DNA of 64,000 nucleotides, taken from Raillietiella orientalis. Lineage: Eukaryota. The DNA lies in the NCBI GenBank assembly GCA_036172245.1, contig JAYWIR010000053.1:372001-436000 (forward strand). Reading direction: 5' to 3'. Of the stretch, positions 34,591 to 48,357 are shown piece after piece. The translations under genes and the position numbers were made by a program. Numbering within the stretch: the stretch's first letter is position 1; each line of letters opens with the position of its first letter. Under the pieces are notes generated by a model. That model was not told where the DNA came from. It did not search any database and saw only the letters and a list, made by a program, of their open reading frames with translations.

Positions 34591-36839
34591 TTTCTCAAAT
34601 CAAGAAATTGGGATGAAATGTTGCTTCACATCATAATTAACTGCACCAGGCCAAATTGCCTGTTCGCCAGGCGTTTCCTTGCGATCCTGAGAGGGATAAA
34701 AATGCTGCGGCGGATATAGCCATATGAATGAAGCAGAGGCCTCTGTGGGTAGAATCGTGTTTGCCACGAGATCTGTCACTGAGAAAGGGAATAGGTATGA
34801 CTGTGTCAGAATTCTGCTGCAGGTTCGAAGTTAGAATGCAAACATTTAGTTCATTCAAGAAACATCAAATGAAAAAAAATCAACAAGTGGTCCTCTAGAT
34901 AACCAGGAAGGAGAAGCACTGCAAATTGCATGCCTTTATTGTAGGTCCATCACAAGCCAGGGATCGTAAAAATGTGGGCGTACTGTATGACGTGGGAGAC
35001 GTAGGATATTTTTGGATGTGCTGACGCTCTTTATGGTGAACACGTGCATCCAAAAACACTGAAGACATTTTATGTAGCAGTTGCTACAGGGAGTACACCG
35101 AAAGGAAATGAAGGAGATTCGCAGTCGGAAAAAATCTGCGAACTGCGCCGGTGGGAATTAAGCATCAGAGTGCCCAATGCTGCAAGCGCACCACAATCAG
35201 CGACGACGATTGCCGCCTTTTTTCGAACGAGTAGACCCAGAAGAATAATGGAAACCCTTCCTCTGATCTCTTACTGAATTGTAATTCCAAATAAACAAAC
35301 CAAGTTTATTTTGAATCGATGGGAAGAAAAAAGGATTACGTTTGTTTGAGTTCTGTAAGGAAATGAAATGATGAAGAAAACTGGAGAATCGACTGTAAAG
35401 AGAAAGAGTAGGGAGTGTGGATCCCTTGAAAACTGATGGGTTGCGATCGTGGAATACAGAGAGCAGACAGCTGATTGCGGGCTGGCATTTCTTCAGAGAT
35501 TCTCTTTTAGGTAGAAAGATGTGGAAGCTCAGACTGTTGGAAGGCTGTTGGATTTTTTGTAGAAAGTGGAAAGGGACGGTATATGGAAGAAAGGTTTCAG
35601 TATGCAAGTGCGAATATTTGTTATTGAGAATAGATGTTCGATTGATTTCACGGAGTGAGTGGTGAGATACATTGGTGGTATCTTGAATCTGCTTTTTTGC
35701 GAGAGCCATTTGGTTATATGGGAGTGCAAGTAGTTCTTTCTTCAAGTTCCCAAATTGTCATTGCAATAGATGAATTCATAACGGTCATATGCTAGAGATG
35801 ATAATTTCTCGATTTCGAGGGGTGTGAACGCACCCCTCGAAATAGTTGGCGACACGCACCGAAAATAAGAAGGCAAACAGAATTGCTTGCTGCTCCTCGC
35901 CGTAGCAAGAAGCTGAGTTCGAATCACTTTCCACGGAAACAAGTGGACGTCTCAGACACTCGAACGATGCTAACCTTGGCGTCAAAGAAACGTGAAAGAA
36001 ATTCCAGGAGACCTTTAGCTTGAGTATCAACAAGCCTGCAGCGTGTCGTGATTAGCAAATGAGGAACATTTCTTTCTTATACCACAAGAGCAGCAACACA
36101 AGAAAAAGTAAGCACAAGGACTGAAAAACTCGAAAAAATCGGAGTACCGCGAGGGTTGCTTTGCTTGGATGAATGGCACCCCTGAATACATGGAACATTC
36201 GACGCCGTGCTTGCAGAATTCGCTACATGGAAACTGTAAAATGATGTGACCAACCGAAAGCAGCTCCCCTGCCGCGTAGCTGAAGATTTAAGTGAGCTGA
36301 TGGTGTGGACTGCCAAACGTCGGACGTTTCTTAAGTACGGCGAGTTGTCCGAATGGATTCTGTTCTGCATTTCCTCTTTCAAACAGGCCAAAATACAACA
36401 CTTTCATCTCAGAATAAATTTTGGGTGCTTCGTGCTAACTGTAATGAAAAAAGCAAAAGACATTTCATCACCAGATACACACACGCAAAAGAAGAAACGG
36501 AAAGATGAAACAAAGATCATTTACCATTCAGTTTAGAAAGGCAGCAAAGTTTGCGAACGTTTGCGGGAACACCGTTGTGTGAAAACAAAGTTTGGCAGAG
36601 ATCTGAACCTTTTGCATCAGATGGAGACAAGAAAGCAGTTTTAATCTAAACATTGCAAAAGAAGGTTAATATAGCACGTTTTGTGTTATATTCGAATGGT
36701 TCCAGGGAAACTCTTGTGCAGATCTAGTGAGCGATGCTGAGTTTGGAACAACAGGAATTTGCCGAGCAATTGTTTTCTCCTGCTAAAATCACTGCTTCGT
36801 TTGGACATTCCGTGGGAAAAACATTCTGCACATCGTACA

Positions 36840-37354
36840 GTGGCGGCGTTTGATCTTTGAAAAGCAAACCGTTGGGTAGCAATGCATCTTCATGACCTCA
36901 TGAAAAGTAGAATTCCCTGCTGGCTCCTGGCACATAGGAAAGCATGAAAGAAAATCAACTCCGAAACAAGTTCGAAACAGCACGAGCTTCAACCACTATT
37001 CAGATTAAAATCAACTGGTGACGTGGTGCAAAATATGGAAACTTCTGTAAGTTTCAGCCCACACGCCTATTCACATCTGTTCGTTTGAACTTGAAGGGGA
37101 CGCACGAAATCCCAAACAAACGTCAATTTTTGGCAGGTGACGTTATACCTGGAGTGACAACGGAACAAGGCTTTCGTGATTTCCATATTGGCTGCTTTTC
37201 TCATCGTTACCACCACAACTCGTAAATAGCAGCTGGAGGGGAGTGCACCTGTCATGAGTCAGTGGCTCAGTCCCCCGAGGGATTGCTAAATGGCTTTTAG
37301 CACGCAGATTGCAATTTGGTTAGAGATGCTCTTGTAAGCAGCATGCTTCCCATC
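36840..37354 (-). repeat. Diverged inverted repeat, right arm
   Basis: Reverse complement aligns with 34096-34590. Confidence 0.85.
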
Positions 37355-40039
37355 CTGTGATCTCTTCTTGCGCGTAATGTGTGTGGAAATCGTTAAAGGA
37401 AGTCGGTGGTTAAGCCGTTTGCAGTAATTGCGTAAAGTACTACGCCGTGTGGTCGCTTGAAATGGTTAATTGCAATTACTGCTTTCTTTAGACGCGCTGC
37501 ACGCAGCTTGTTTGGTCTTGCTTCTGCACCCTCTCTGATTCTCCATCTGGAAGCAAACTCCCCTACAGCTGGGAAACCTGCATCTTTGCATCACGTGTAC
37601 TGGGGTGTGATGATTTCGTAAGCTGTGGGTGTTGGACAAGTTTTGCTCTTGTCGCCACAGGTGTTGACCGCGGTTCTTATTGGTTTGCAGTCTACGGAAT
37701 TTCTTATTTCTGTAGAAGCTTTGGTGGAGTTTTGTAGAACGCGGAATTCGTTATTAGGTCTCATCCCGTGTGCAGTTATGGAAGGCAGGATGCTGTGGCG
37801 ATTCTTCTTCTCCTACGTAAGGGAATCCATCTGCATATCAGCGTTTCTCCTCTTAAATTCTGGTTCTTTCTGTTAGGGGCTATCTCATCTGGCGTACTTT
37901 TCATATTCATGGCTCAACTTATGGGAACCATTTTTTTTTTTTTTTTGGCTTGCAATTTCTTTTTTGAACCTGTTTGGACCGTCCAGGGGATCTTTGTCAT
38001 TCCACTGTGCCTGCACTGTCGGTCTTCTTGTGTTTCCTTGAAGATTGAAATTTGTTGCAGCGTGTTTCGATTGTGCCTTCATGCAGTTTACTTCATGTGT
38101 ACTGTTTTGGTGCTCAACGTACGGATCTGCTTAAGTGGCTCTATGAATTTTGTTGGATGTCCTATAGAATGGTTTGCTTTTTGTTGATATTTCTAGTCGA
38201 TTGATTTCTCCAAAGTAGATATTTTCACTTCACTCACTGAGCAATCTTTCATTTGTTGAATTTCGTGTTCTCCGCGATGTTCGATGTGTTTTCCCATCTC
38301 ATTGCAGTATGCAAGCAGTTCAATGTATTTGGAACGAACGACTATGTGCCGGATGGTGCTCGTTGTTCTCTTTGGAGAAATACGCTCGTTTTTTCGATTG
38401 TGCTATTTTCAAGAGCACTTGCCTTAGCGTGAAGGAGCATGCCAGTTGTATTGTGATGATTTCTTTGCTCTTTTCCTTTCTTGCATACTCTCTTTCTGAT
38501 TTTGCATTGGTTCTCGTAACACTTATGCGCACTTCGTTGTTGCTGATGCTGTCGTTTCTATTTTTCGTGAATGTTCGCAGTAATGTTTCAAGTCTTTTAT
38601 TGAGGGGAAAGATAGGAAGAGAGCTGGCTGTTTGACGACAGCGTCGAACTCCAGCCACGTCTCAATGAGGACAGATGGTGCTCAACCGAATCGAAGAGTT
38701 TACTGATCGGCATTGCGTGAGTGGCGTGCGGAAACCTTTTTCTTATAGCTGTGTCTACTGCTCAACCTACTTTTCTTGTGTACATTTGTTCCCGCATGCT
38801 TTCTTTCGAGTGTAAGGAAATTTTTCGCAGCTATTTTACGTCCCCGCGAAGCTTTGTACTCCATGTGTCCTTTCAGACGCTAAAGTGTCACCGAATCCTT
38901 TTTCTTCCAGACTGTGCTGTTCAGCTATGGTGCGCATCGCGCAGCATCTTCTAACAAGGGAAACATTACGATTCCGTTGGAGAGATCGCTCGCACGTGTC
39001 ATTGCCCTTGTGGACAAGACTGGGCCATGTTCTTCTGTTTTCAACAACAATTATGGAAATTGTCAAGTTTTGTTCACTAATTCGCGGGTTGCAGCGCCAC
39101 GTGGCTCGTGTTCCCTGTCTTTTACTGTAAGCGCAGGTTTGCAAGGTAATAGGACTTAGCAGAATTTCAGCTGCCAGACTTCCAAGGAACTATGAATGTG
39201 AAATTCTCTTTAAATGCATTCGACGGGGAATGCTTCCTACAGCCTACAGGAGGTGCATCTCGAAGGTTTGTTTCCATTCGATTCTTTGTGTGTGTTGAGA
39301 TGCGCTGCACTCTGAACTGCACTGTCGCTTTTTATTTTTGTTGATGAGAAATTTCTAGGAACGTGGAAAAGGGGGGTTTGATTTCGACTATTTGGAACTG
39401 TCTGCTTTGTCTTCTTTGAATCAGAAGGGGTGTGTAAACGTGCATGTTTCGAGAACAGTTGTTTCCATGTGTTACTATGTTCACAGTGGAAAAAGTTTCC
39501 TGAATATATTTGACATTCTTTTACTCTTTATTTCATCTCATGATGTTTCAGTTACACAAGAATACAAAAACTCACGATTATCATTAGGAAAGTTTGAATC
39601 CACGCATCCATCATGTGTGTGTTGCATCTTTTGATAACGTATTGTACTTTGTTCATGCTTCAGGCTAACCCCTGGAAAAAATCATGGAACTGTTCCCAGC
39701 AATCTGCAGTGTCGCTGGAACTCTGCCTCAAATAAGGACTTCGCAGTTATACTTTCGAGTCCGTGAGCAAACCATTCTCTCAGAGATTTAGAAAGGTTCG
39801 GTCACATCATTCACTGATGACAATAAAAAGTATTTGCACTTTATTTGAAACTACCTGAAGTACATTTTTCTTGCTTTCCAATATAAAGGACACTGAAGAT
39901 CTCAAATATTCGACGTAAGCAGAACAGAAGGCACGGGAATTTGGAATTGAAATATTTTCAGAAATTCATTCAAAGCATTACGAAAATTCTAGTCTCGGTT
40001 TTGAATTCCATGTGACCTAACGCCTGTAGTCTATATTTC

Positions 40040-40783
40040 ATTTTCTGTTCGGACTAGCGAATGTGTGGATTCCAGTTGTGCAGACTCTTGTGGAAGGGAA
40101 ATTTCTTCCCGCACCTTCTAATCGAGTGTGCGGCCCTCCTTCCAATGTCCAATCGAGCGTTGTCGAAAGTGTCCATTCCAGCTGGCCACAGAAACAGCAT
40201 TTCACGTGGCTCCCTGCTTCAAGACGCCTTGCCAGCAGTCTCGTGTATGGCACGTTTCTGTTTCGTGCGCGGAGTCCTGGATAAGTGGCCTGCGTTAGGC
40301 ATCGTCCGCAACATTCGGAATGCCATTCAGTGGGCAGCCATATCCATGGAAAAAAATTGCCCATGACACTGCCTTCAAACTCTAGCACCTGTACTTGTCC
40401 ACGTCTTGTCCGCCTCCGTCTTGCAGAAGACCATCCGTGGCGAGCAGTGATCACTTCTCTCCACCCATCGGAGAACACCGCTCTCTTAGTTTTCTTTGTT
40501 CCCTCTTGTTTTATTTGTGGGTTCTGTCTTCAACGGCTTTATATTTAACAAGGCGTCCTGCGTCAGGTGTCCTGGATTGGGAACGATTGTGTAGGTACGC
40601 TTCATTCTTTAATGTAGAGCGGAGTAGGCCTTACCGGCACTCAAGTCGGTAAACAAGTGCAAAACAATACGGAAATGTGTTCCGACAGGAACACAAAAAC
40701 AATGAAAAATCAATCGACTGCAATTAATAATTGTAATTTTGTTTTTTTAAATTGATAAAAGCCCCGGCTTACCCGGGTGAAAA
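40040..40783 (+). mobile_element. Decayed LINE 3' fragment (H-like)
   Basis: FPHLLIEC, FVRGVLDKW, RNAIQWAAIS; terminus GCCCCGGCTTACCCGGGTGAAAA at 40761-40783. Confidence 0.85.
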
Positions 40784-40813
40784 CATTCCTTAATGCTTCG
40801 CCAAACCTATATT

Positions 40814-41824
40814 GAGCGGATGCGTCTGCACCGCGCTACAGAGCAAAAATGGTGTCGGTGAACTTCTGTTTAGGTGTGTGTACGTGCATAGTGTTGCCTA
40901 TGTCCCATGAGAGCGATGCCTGTGGAAAACGCGATCGAAATTAGAGTAGGGAAGGCGAATCTTCTCTACAAGTGAAGGATGTGTAAGCGACCGTTCCTAC
41001 GGAATGCTCTTCGTGCTATTTGAGGGAGCTCTAGCAGAAGCCACCGCCTATAAGGCAACAAGCTGCATGTGGGCAATTATACACAAGGTAGGTGGCATGT
41101 ACTTGGAGACACATTACACGTGTTCACCAATGAACTCCAAAGATTAGAAGTTAAAGAAGAAGACTTTTAAGGTCTTACCGTGCAGAGTGGGTGTCAGCGC
41201 ATCAAGCAGAATTGCAAAGACGTAAGTGTGGTATAGCGCTTGCTAAGAACGCTATGTTGCTATGCCGACGCAACTACTTCCCTGTCACCGAAGAACGGCA
41301 AGTAGTGATCCGAATGACAGGCATCACTGGTCAGATGATTAAAAATGCAGTAAGAAAGAAACTCCAGCATCACGGGAACTTGCGCGCGCGTTGGAGCAAG
41401 TCCTACCACTTTGGGGAGTACGAAAAGCTTTTCAGAGTACCGTTCGCCGGGCTCGCAACCATCGAAAAAAACTCAAGGCTTTTCCAAAAGATCTAGTTGG
41501 GAAACAAGTCCGTGCATTTATCGTACGTGAAGAAGTCTGAGTAACGCGGGCACACTGATGCTACGGATTACTTAAAAAACTGGTGCCCGAAAATGCAGGG
41601 AAACCTTTGTCAAGAGAAGGGTCACAGGTCACATGCCTGGCGTTCTCCCAAAAAGAGAAGCCCAGGCTTTTTATTCTCAAACTATCAAACAGAAGTATCG
41701 CGAACAAAGTGCCGACAACGCCGGCGGAAGCCAAGACTGGCAGGTGGTGAAGACCCGAAACAACGTGCAGCGAGCCCAATAAAGGCGAAAAAACCTGTTT
41801 GCGCGCGACGACCACCTGAAGCTC
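40814..41824 (+). pseudogene. Decayed E-like ORF1 (resumes at 42383)
   Basis: VVIRMTGITGQM, knuckle remnants CPKMQGNLCQEKGH. Confidence 0.75.
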
Positions 41825-42382
41825 TCGTCGATCCTGAACATTCCGGTGGGCGACCCAAAACATCTATTCAGACGCCTCCTGACGCGAGACGGCTTGCCAG
41901 CCTCCGGGAGCGTAGCAGTGCTCTGCTGCATACGCGGTATCCTGGAGAAGTGGACCGCGTCTAGGAGAGGAAGGACCAGCCGGAATGCCATCCACTGGGC
42001 AGCGATCTCCTTGGAGAAAGCGTGCCGTTGGCGCCGACTTAATAAACATTTACCGGCACTTGTTGGCATCCGAAACCGGATGCAAAGGCCTCCTCACGGC
42101 GCACTGTGATCCCCTCCCTCCCTCCCCATCCCCAAAAAACATTGCCCTCCACAGGTTAATCTTTGTTTTTTTGTTTTATTTTTTATTTTCCCCGCTCCGA
42201 CGCTAGTGAGAAGGACCATATCAGCCTCCGAGTTGGTAAGGACAAGTGCAACAACACGACGATAAACTTCTGAATGTCCTAAATAGGAAAATTAACTTTG
42301 TTTAAAAATTTAGTCCTTATTATGAAATTTTTGTATTCTCAACAATTTTAATAATAAAAGCCCCGGCTTACCCGGGTGAAAA
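41825..42382 (+). mobile_element. 5'-truncated lineage H insertion with 14-bp TSD ACCACCTGAAGCTC (41811-41824 / 42383-42396)
   Basis: Identical 14-mers flank it; VLCCIRGILEKW; hairpin terminus. Confidence 0.93.
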
Positions 42383-42439
42383 ACCACCTGAAGCTCCGGG
42401 AATTACTGGTGAACCTCCAAGAAAGAGCGTGAGCAGGAC

Positions 42440-42614
42440 GAAATCCTCTCGCTGCAATGATGCCCTTCTTCATTAACCACTTGGACAGCAGCACCGCGGC
42501 TGCATGGGAAGTCATCACCGGAACAGATAAACAGAAAAGACTGGAGAAAAAGCTCGCGTACCGCAGCAAAAAGCAACTGGGCAGCAAGGAAAGAAAAAGA
42601 TGCAGCGTAGTCTT
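42440..42614 (+). pseudogene. Lineage A ORF1 fragment ending at KRCSVV
   Basis: KRLEKKLAYRSKKQ...RCSVV matches 5100-5190 and 19105-19200. Confidence 0.8.
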
Positions 42615-45600
42615 TTATCATGCGATTGCGCCGGGACGTTTATTGTTGAAAGCATTTTGTAACCGTGTTCCCATGCTAAAAGAACAGAATATGGGAGGAG
42701 GGTTCCCGACATGCAGGCCGAGCACACTGAGAGTTCGAAACGGTAAGGAGGGGAAAATAAATAAATAAATATGGTGGTAGGGTAGGGATAGGGGTCTGCA
42801 GTTCCAACCGTTCTTTGTCTCAGGATCGGCGGTGAATGATAGCAATCTCCGTCCTCACTTCTGCGTCAAGGTGATGCCACCCGGCCGTCAGTTGCATATT
42901 GCAGGATGCACTGTAGGGGACCGATGTTGGAACCGCTGCAACACGTGGCGGGCACTGACAATGGCTCCGACACAGCCCACAATTGCAAGGACCGCTCCCA
43001 GAGATAGACCGCCAAGCGTGAAGAAGCGGCGCATCCAGTCCATTGCCGTGTGTCCGGGGTGCAGGAGCGCTGAAGACAGCCTCCGCCACAGCTGCTGAAG
43101 GACACCTCATTCAAATAGCAGATGCGGAAGCGACTCCACCGCCCCGCATGTTGCACAGTTTGGGGACGCGACTTCTCCGGAAACCAGGTGCGCTCGCTGG
43201 TTGCAATACACAACCCTTTGCACCAGCAGAAAACCGTCCTGTTTCCACCAAAGGGGGAACACAGTCGCGTCCTAGCACGAAGAAGGGACCACAAATTCTT
43301 CGTAGGGCACCTCGAAGAGCTCGCTCCTCTGAAGAAGTCCCTTGGCACGAATACGAGGCGTGGCAGCGTCTGCCAGCTCTCAGGTACTCCAGCCGCCCAG
43401 AAGTCAAGTTTCGCCTGCGATAGCGCAAGCGACCTCCCACTTCGCCGGTAGGTCACTGTCGTCTCGAACCATGAGTGAATACAGTGCTTCCGCGAGGGGC
43501 GTAGCGGCTAGGCATGTCCATTGGTCCTGGTCTTCCAACATTTCCCCCAACTGACAGTATCGGGAAAGGTTCACGCAACGGAGTTTCAATCAGGAAACAT
43601 CCTGTTGCGCTGCCAGGGACGATGAGACTTCCTGCCTCCAGGCGTCAAGTTCCGTCGGCCGGCAGGAGATCCATGGATGCGTTCCCAGAAGCGAGGCAAA
43701 CTGCCTCACAGGGAAGCCGAAGGCTCTCATAGCGCGCTCGGTAAGCAGGTGCAGCGAACGCAGTCCGTCGCTACCCGTGCTGCGCCGCAGCAGCAGCCGC
43801 GCTTGAGCACACCAGGGAGTAGTCCAGAGCTGCGCACAAAGTGCCAGCATGCGGAACTGCACTAGCAGTCCGATCTGCTCCAGCATCAGAATGCCCAAGA
43901 CGGCAACCCGCCGAGGAGCTGCCAAGTCCTTGAGGCGGATCCTGGACCTCTCCGGTCTCCACAAGGCGTTCCTCAACAGGCGTTTCGTCAGACGCTTAAC
44001 CAAGTAGGAAGTGCGAAAAACAAAAAAGAGGGGACAGAGCAGGGGGACAACCAAAATGTTCCACACGAAGGCCCGTTCCGACAAGAAGAACCTTCCGCCT
44101 TGGAACGGACCCAGAGCGGTCTCGGCCTTGTAAGGGCAGTCCGACCACGCTTCTCCTGGACAGAAGGCGCCCAAGGGAACGCAAAGGTACTTCAAGCACC
44201 TGCTCGTGGGGGCCCCCAGGCGGATCTTGTGGGACTGCCTCCCACGTAGAGCCAACCGGTACAACGGTTGATTTTGTCCTCTTGACTCTCACGCCTCCTC
44301 TCCGTCGAACCAGGTTGAAGAAATCTTCGAAACTGGACGCCTGGGTGGACATGGGGAGCAGAAGAAGCATGTTATCTGCATAGGAGGCCACGGCAGGCGT
44401 TCCCGGGCAGGAGCTTGGCAAGTGAGAAAGCGTCAGACTGTACTCTCTCAGCACCAACTCAAAGATGCCAAAGAGCAACGGGCTTAAGCTATCACCTTGC
44501 CGGATGCCCCTACGCACGAGAATACCGTACACTCGGCAGCCGCAGAAAGTGATGCAGGTCAGCGCGTGGCGCCAGCAAGCGCGCAAGTAAAGCAGGAGTT
44601 GCGTCGGGAATCCAAGGCGTTCCATAAGCTCCAAGAGCAGCCTCTGGTTTACGAAGTCGTATGCCTGGTGGAAATCGACCGCGATCGCCAAGGCCCCTGA
44701 CGTTCCCTTCTGCCGTCGGCGCCTGTTCTTCGTGCCTGCGGCTACGACTTTCGCCGCAGCCAGGCTTTGCTGCGCCACGACTTCCTGTAGCTGCATCCAG
44801 GTACGCGCGAAAAGGATGTTCGCCTCCATGGATCGTACGGGAACCGCGTAGGTTTGTTCCGGGCTCACCACAGATTCCGCGATACTCCCTAACCGCGCAA
44901 TTCACAGCTTGAAAAACAACTTGAGTCCGAGTTCACCAAGGTGATCGGACGCCAGCTGTTAAGTTATCGCGAGTCTCCGCCTTTCGGCAGGAGACGCACC
45001 TTCGCTGAGCGGAAGGAATCCGAGACCTTCCTGGGTTCCCTCATCAGCGTCGCGAGTCTCAGCATCAAGGGGATGAGCTCCACTGCAAAGCACTGATGAA
45101 ACTCTGCAGGAAGCCCATCCTCGCCTGGCGCCTTTCGTCTCTTCAGCCCAGCGATGGCGGTCGAAAATTCATGCGCCGTCAAGGGCTCGTTGAGACGTTC
45201 GCGTTCCTCCTCGCCGACAACAGGAGCATCCTGCGACAGGAGTATCTCAGAGAGAATATCCTCCGTCGGGGATTCAGCGTACAGCGAGGAGTAGTAGCGT
45301 CTCACAATGCGGCGTATTTCGGCTGGGGCCGAACATTCCTGGCCCTTTTCATCCAACAGGCATGCTGCTCCGGACTGCCAGACCTGGCGCTCGGCCCTCG
45401 CCTTGTACTCCGCGAGACGCCCGACATCTGCACATTTGGAAAACGTGGAGGCCTGCAGAAATTCTCTGCTGCTGGCCATGCCTTCTCCGAAACCGCATGG
45501 AAGCCGGTGCAAGGGGAATTGCCAGTAGAACTCGCGAAAAGATCTTTTGAGATCGTCCCAGTCGGCGAGTTCTTGAATGGCGAAGCCTCGGAGGTGTTCA

Positions 45601-48357
45601 AGGAGATGCTCCGCAGCTTCCAGATGGCTAAGCCAATTCGCCTGCATCCTCCAGTTTTGCAACGGAGGTCCCTTGCCTGGCAAAAGGAGCTCAAACTTCA
45701 AACTGTGGTGGTCAGAAATCCCAGTCAACAGTCTTCCTCTCTTACCCACACGCGAATGCAGGTTTTCATCAAGGAAAACGTGTTTGAGCGATCTTTTTAT
45801 TCCAGGTTCGCTGACCATCAAGTTGGCGGCGTGCACCGACGCGCACATCTCGATGGGCAGCGCGCGCTCCCTGGGGCAGCTCCAATCGTCGGACAGCAGG
45901 CGGACGTCGAAGTCCCCGCGACGAGTTGCGCCACTTGAAGGCCGGAGTTGTTGATCCATAGAAAGCTACTCTTTCTTCGAGGTAGCGAGAGCCACTCAAC
46001 GCGTGGACGTTCGTAACGATGAGATCGATGGACTCGGATCACTTGATGACAAGTTGACCTACCCGTCCTTCGTCGTCGAAATGAAACCACGCACCGTTTC
46101 CGCCATTTTTCCTCTTACAAGGTACGCGACGCCGCACGTGTGGGCGTCGCAGCACCGCCAAAGTAACGTTCCGCCTGCGCCCTCTTCGATTTCGGCTGCC
46201 TGCTCGTCGGAGATTACGTAGATTTCCTGCAGGAGTACGAGGTTGAAGGGGTGAAAGGCGTTCGCTACTAATCACCTCTTCTCGCTGTTCTGCAGACCGT
46301 TCACGTTCCAACACGCGACGGAAAGACGACGAGAAGACGCGATTCCCAGCATCACGGCTGGGAACGCGGCGGCTTTTTGCTCTCTGAATCCGACAAGCGG
46401 ACGGCGAGCAGCACGCATGGCTGGAGGGCACGGTCGCCACCGGTCTCCAAGGTGCTACCGAGAGACGAGCGTTCCTTCCCGGGGACTAATTTTGCGCCCT
46501 CAAGGGAGTTCTCGGACGTTAGAGGGGCATTCTTTTCATGCATGTTTGCGGTTTCGTGCCGCAGATTTGCTTCCGCGCGAGTGATGCGTTTCTCGGCAGT
46601 ATGTTCCGACTTCGCTCGAGAGTAGGGCTGTCGAGGTTTGTTTTCACGATTCGTTGGTCGAGTGGAAGCTGCTGGACCTGCAGGATTTTTCCTTACCTTG
46701 CGTTGGCCTTTTTCTGCGCTTTGCGCAATTTGAGCCGTAGCTGGTTTTGCAAGGGTGACCTTCACGCAGGAATTTTTGGGGGGGCGTTTGTTCTTCTCTT
46801 TACCCAGAGAGACGGACGAGGGCAGCGGAGCATTCTTTGAAGGGTTCTTCTCTTCCTTTGGCTGCGGTCCACCACCGTCCATCCATCTTCGCAGTCTCGC
46901 GGCTCGTTCACGCCTTTGCAGGAGATTTCGATTTCATCGGCGAGCTCCTCAGGCGCTGTCTGCGCGCCGGCTTTAAGGGCTGACTCCGGCGATATCGCAG
47001 TCGCAGTTAAGGCATCGTTCTCCGAGGGGGAAGGCGGAGAGCTGCTGGTTGCTTGCGGCGCGCAAGTTCGCGACAGTTCATGATTTCCGGCTTTTACTGC
47101 CGGTCGGATGGCGTCCTCCTTCTTCCCTGGCTGCATAGCCATCGGAGAAAGGAGCGCAATCGGAGTAGCCGATATCCCGTTACTACGGTGCTTTCCTTTA
47201 AACCCCCCTGGCACCATAGTCGCGTCGGCCTTCGTGTTTCTCGACCGTTGCACCGCGATTTCGCCTTGTAACCCCGCGACAGTTGCTGGGCGTTCATTGC
47301 CCTTCCGTGCATTTATTTGCGGGGTCCGCGCGTCTCGCGATCGTCCGCGCATGGTTTCGCAGTTGAAGATCATGGTTCCTTCCTCGATTTTTCACGCGCT
47401 TGATTGCGATCATTGCTTTGCGCATTCCTGACGTCTTTCGCGGTCTTTTTCCTTTCCGCGGTCATTTTATGCCTCTGAAATTTAGCGGCCGCCTTCTTCC
47501 AATCATGTTCCGTACACTTGTTCAAAGCGTGCCCCGGTAACTTGCAGTATCGGCAGTTACCAGAGGAGCATTTTGCGGTCCGATGCCCCTCTTCATCGCA
47601 TTTCTCACACGTGCGAGGCCTTCCTGCATTCCAAAGGTGAACGATCGTGTCGTTCACCTTTAGCTTCGCGGGTAACGTTCCGCGGTCCGCCATGGTGATT
47701 CGAACTGCGGCGATTCCACCGTGCGGGGATGGAAAGTCCCTGAAGGGCTCCGAACCTTCCACAGCGCATGGACGATGCCGAACTTCGCCAACGCGTCTCT
47801 GAGATCGTGATCTGATATGTTCGACTCTACGTCGCACATTTCAATCACGAAGGAATGGTCCATGGGGGTTGGGAATACCTTCTTCCCACGGATAGATATC
47901 GGAGTGCGTAGCAAGCGCAGCACAAGTGCCGCGTCCTTGATTCGCAACTTGTAATAACCATTGCTCTTAATGGGCATAATGGCGAGAAGTTCTTCCTCCC
48001 GCACGCCTATTCGGGTCAATTCATCGTTGAATCGACCCACGTCGCGAGAAGAAAGACACTCGCTCACCTTATAACGGAGAGCGGGGATACAGCCCTGGGC
48101 TACGTCAGCCCGCCACTCCGTCTTTTCGGGGGGTCCCCCTTTGACGGCTGCTGCGGCAGCAACGTCAGCGAAACTTCTCGCCATTGGCGAGGCAGACGAA
48201 GAGGAGGCGGCCGTCGGTTCCGCGATTGCACATCCGGATGCTGTTCCTCCAACTTCAGCAGCTCCGGGGTTGGTCGACATCGTCGTCAGAATGCTCGACA
48301 CCAGGATGAAGCGAGTGAAAGCCCGGAGACGAGAGCGAGGAAAAACACGTCCGCACT
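42615..48357 (-). mobile_element. Full-length-sized but chimeric LINE (F-type 5' part, C-type 3' part), disrupted; ORF1 46352-48280, ORF2 42820-46352
   Basis: 5' AGTGCGGACGTGTTTT, TGATG at 46350-46354, all EN/RT motifs (YADN), 3' terminus at 42615-42645; no matching TSD. Confidence 0.92.
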
